This document shows positions 63,291-64,000 of a DNA stretch of 64,000 nucleotides, in pieces. Each line of letters opens with the position of its first letter. The stretch's first letter is position 1. The notes beneath the pieces were generated by a model. That model had not been told where the DNA came from. It worked only from the letters and a program-made list of their open reading frames with translations, and ran no database searches. This DNA comes from Eledone cirrhosa (taxonomy: Eukaryota): contig OZ024753.1 in NCBI GenBank assembly GCA_964016885.1, positions 21,328,001-21,392,000 of the forward strand. The letters run 5' to 3'. The position numbers were made by a program, and so were the translations under genes.

Positions 63291-63543
63291 ATCTAGCGAT
63301 ACTGCCAATCCACCAGGCGGTGGATTGGCAGTATCGGTAGAGGGTCGGACGCAATGCTAGGGTGGTGGATTGGCAGTAGGTAGAGGGTCGGACACCATGC
63401 TTTGCAGCGAAGATTTACGGCCCTTGCCATCTGAGTTCAAATTCCGCCGAGGTTAACTTTGCCTTTCATCCTTACGGGTTCGATAAAATATAGTACCAGT
63501 AATACACTGGGTAATTGCTGGTCTTGTGCCAAAAGTAGAAACA
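63291..63543 (+). mobile_element. SINE with an inverted and a duplicated 5' head
   Basis: TSD ATTATTATAATAAT at 63277-63290 and 63544-63557 encloses the inverted head, a partial head and the full SINE. Confidence 0.88.
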
Positions 63544-63564
63544 ATTATTATAATAATTATTTTA

Positions 63565-63680
63565 CAGCATAGAGCTACGGCCCTCCACGCTCCGGGTTCA
63601 AATCCCGCCGAGGTGAACCCTGTCCTTCATCCCCACAGAGCTGACAACAAAGTACCAGCAATGCGCTGGGACAATCGCTG
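63565..63680 (+). mobile_element. Diverged SINE fragment (related subfamily)
   Basis: GGTTCAAATCCCGCCGAGGTGAACCCTGTCCTTCATCCCC...AAAGTACCAG. Confidence 0.7.
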
Positions 63681-63699
63681 CCCCGTGCCAACAGCAGAA

Positions 63700-63928
63700 A
63701 TATTATTATTATTATAGTTGTTGTTTTCTTAAGGCCCGATCGCTGGTGATGGTGATGGTGGTGGTGGTGGTGGTGGCAGTTGATGTTGTTGTTGTTGTTG
63801 TTTGTTGTTTCTCTTGATGTTAGTGTTCATTTCATTCTGATGCTGTTGTTGCTGTAGACATTGGTATTGTTGTTGTTGTTGTAGATGTTGTAGACGTTGG
63901 GTTGAAATTTGGTTGTTTTGACTGTGTG

Positions 63929-63959
<31 letters not shown>

Positions 63960-63961
63960 TA

Positions 63962-63992
<31 letters not shown>

Positions 63993-63998
63993 ACACAC
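63700..63998. repeat. Compound (TTG)n/(TGG)n/(CA)n/(TA)n microsatellite region
   Basis: Read directly. Confidence 0.85.
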
Positions 63999-64000
63999 CG

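Noticed and set aside
63729-63998. PolyQ/polyP minus-strand ORF
   Set aside because: Built from microsatellites; no convincing polypyrimidine acceptor.

Overview
This is eukaryotic, repeat-dominated animal genomic DNA. The repeat families (RTE with (GAT)n tails, tRNA-derived SINEs ending AGAAACAATTATT, Dong/R4, CR1, Penelope-like) suggest a cephalopod/octopod genome; that assignment is inference. Bases 1-33.4 kb are a 31-bp satellite array with kb-scale higher-order duplications. The rest is an intron/intergenic mosaic with a 200-N scaffold gap. It holds two host coding exons (terminal exon 36822-37880; internal 213-bp exon 55065-55277, absent from the ORF track) and a 48-bp minisatellite expanded from an RTE UTR motif. 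It also holds decayed RTE, CR1, Dong, Penelope-like, piggyBac, maT-type Tc1/mariner and Helitron elements, plus SINEs and MITEs. The most notable find is an apparently intact type I hammerhead ribozyme (50942-51022, minus strand) inside a non-coding 623-bp unit present as a partial tandem (retrozyme/pLTR-like). A second hammerhead, with an 83-nt loop II insertion, lies at the 3' end of the Penelope-like element. All calls were made by eye; no searches were run.
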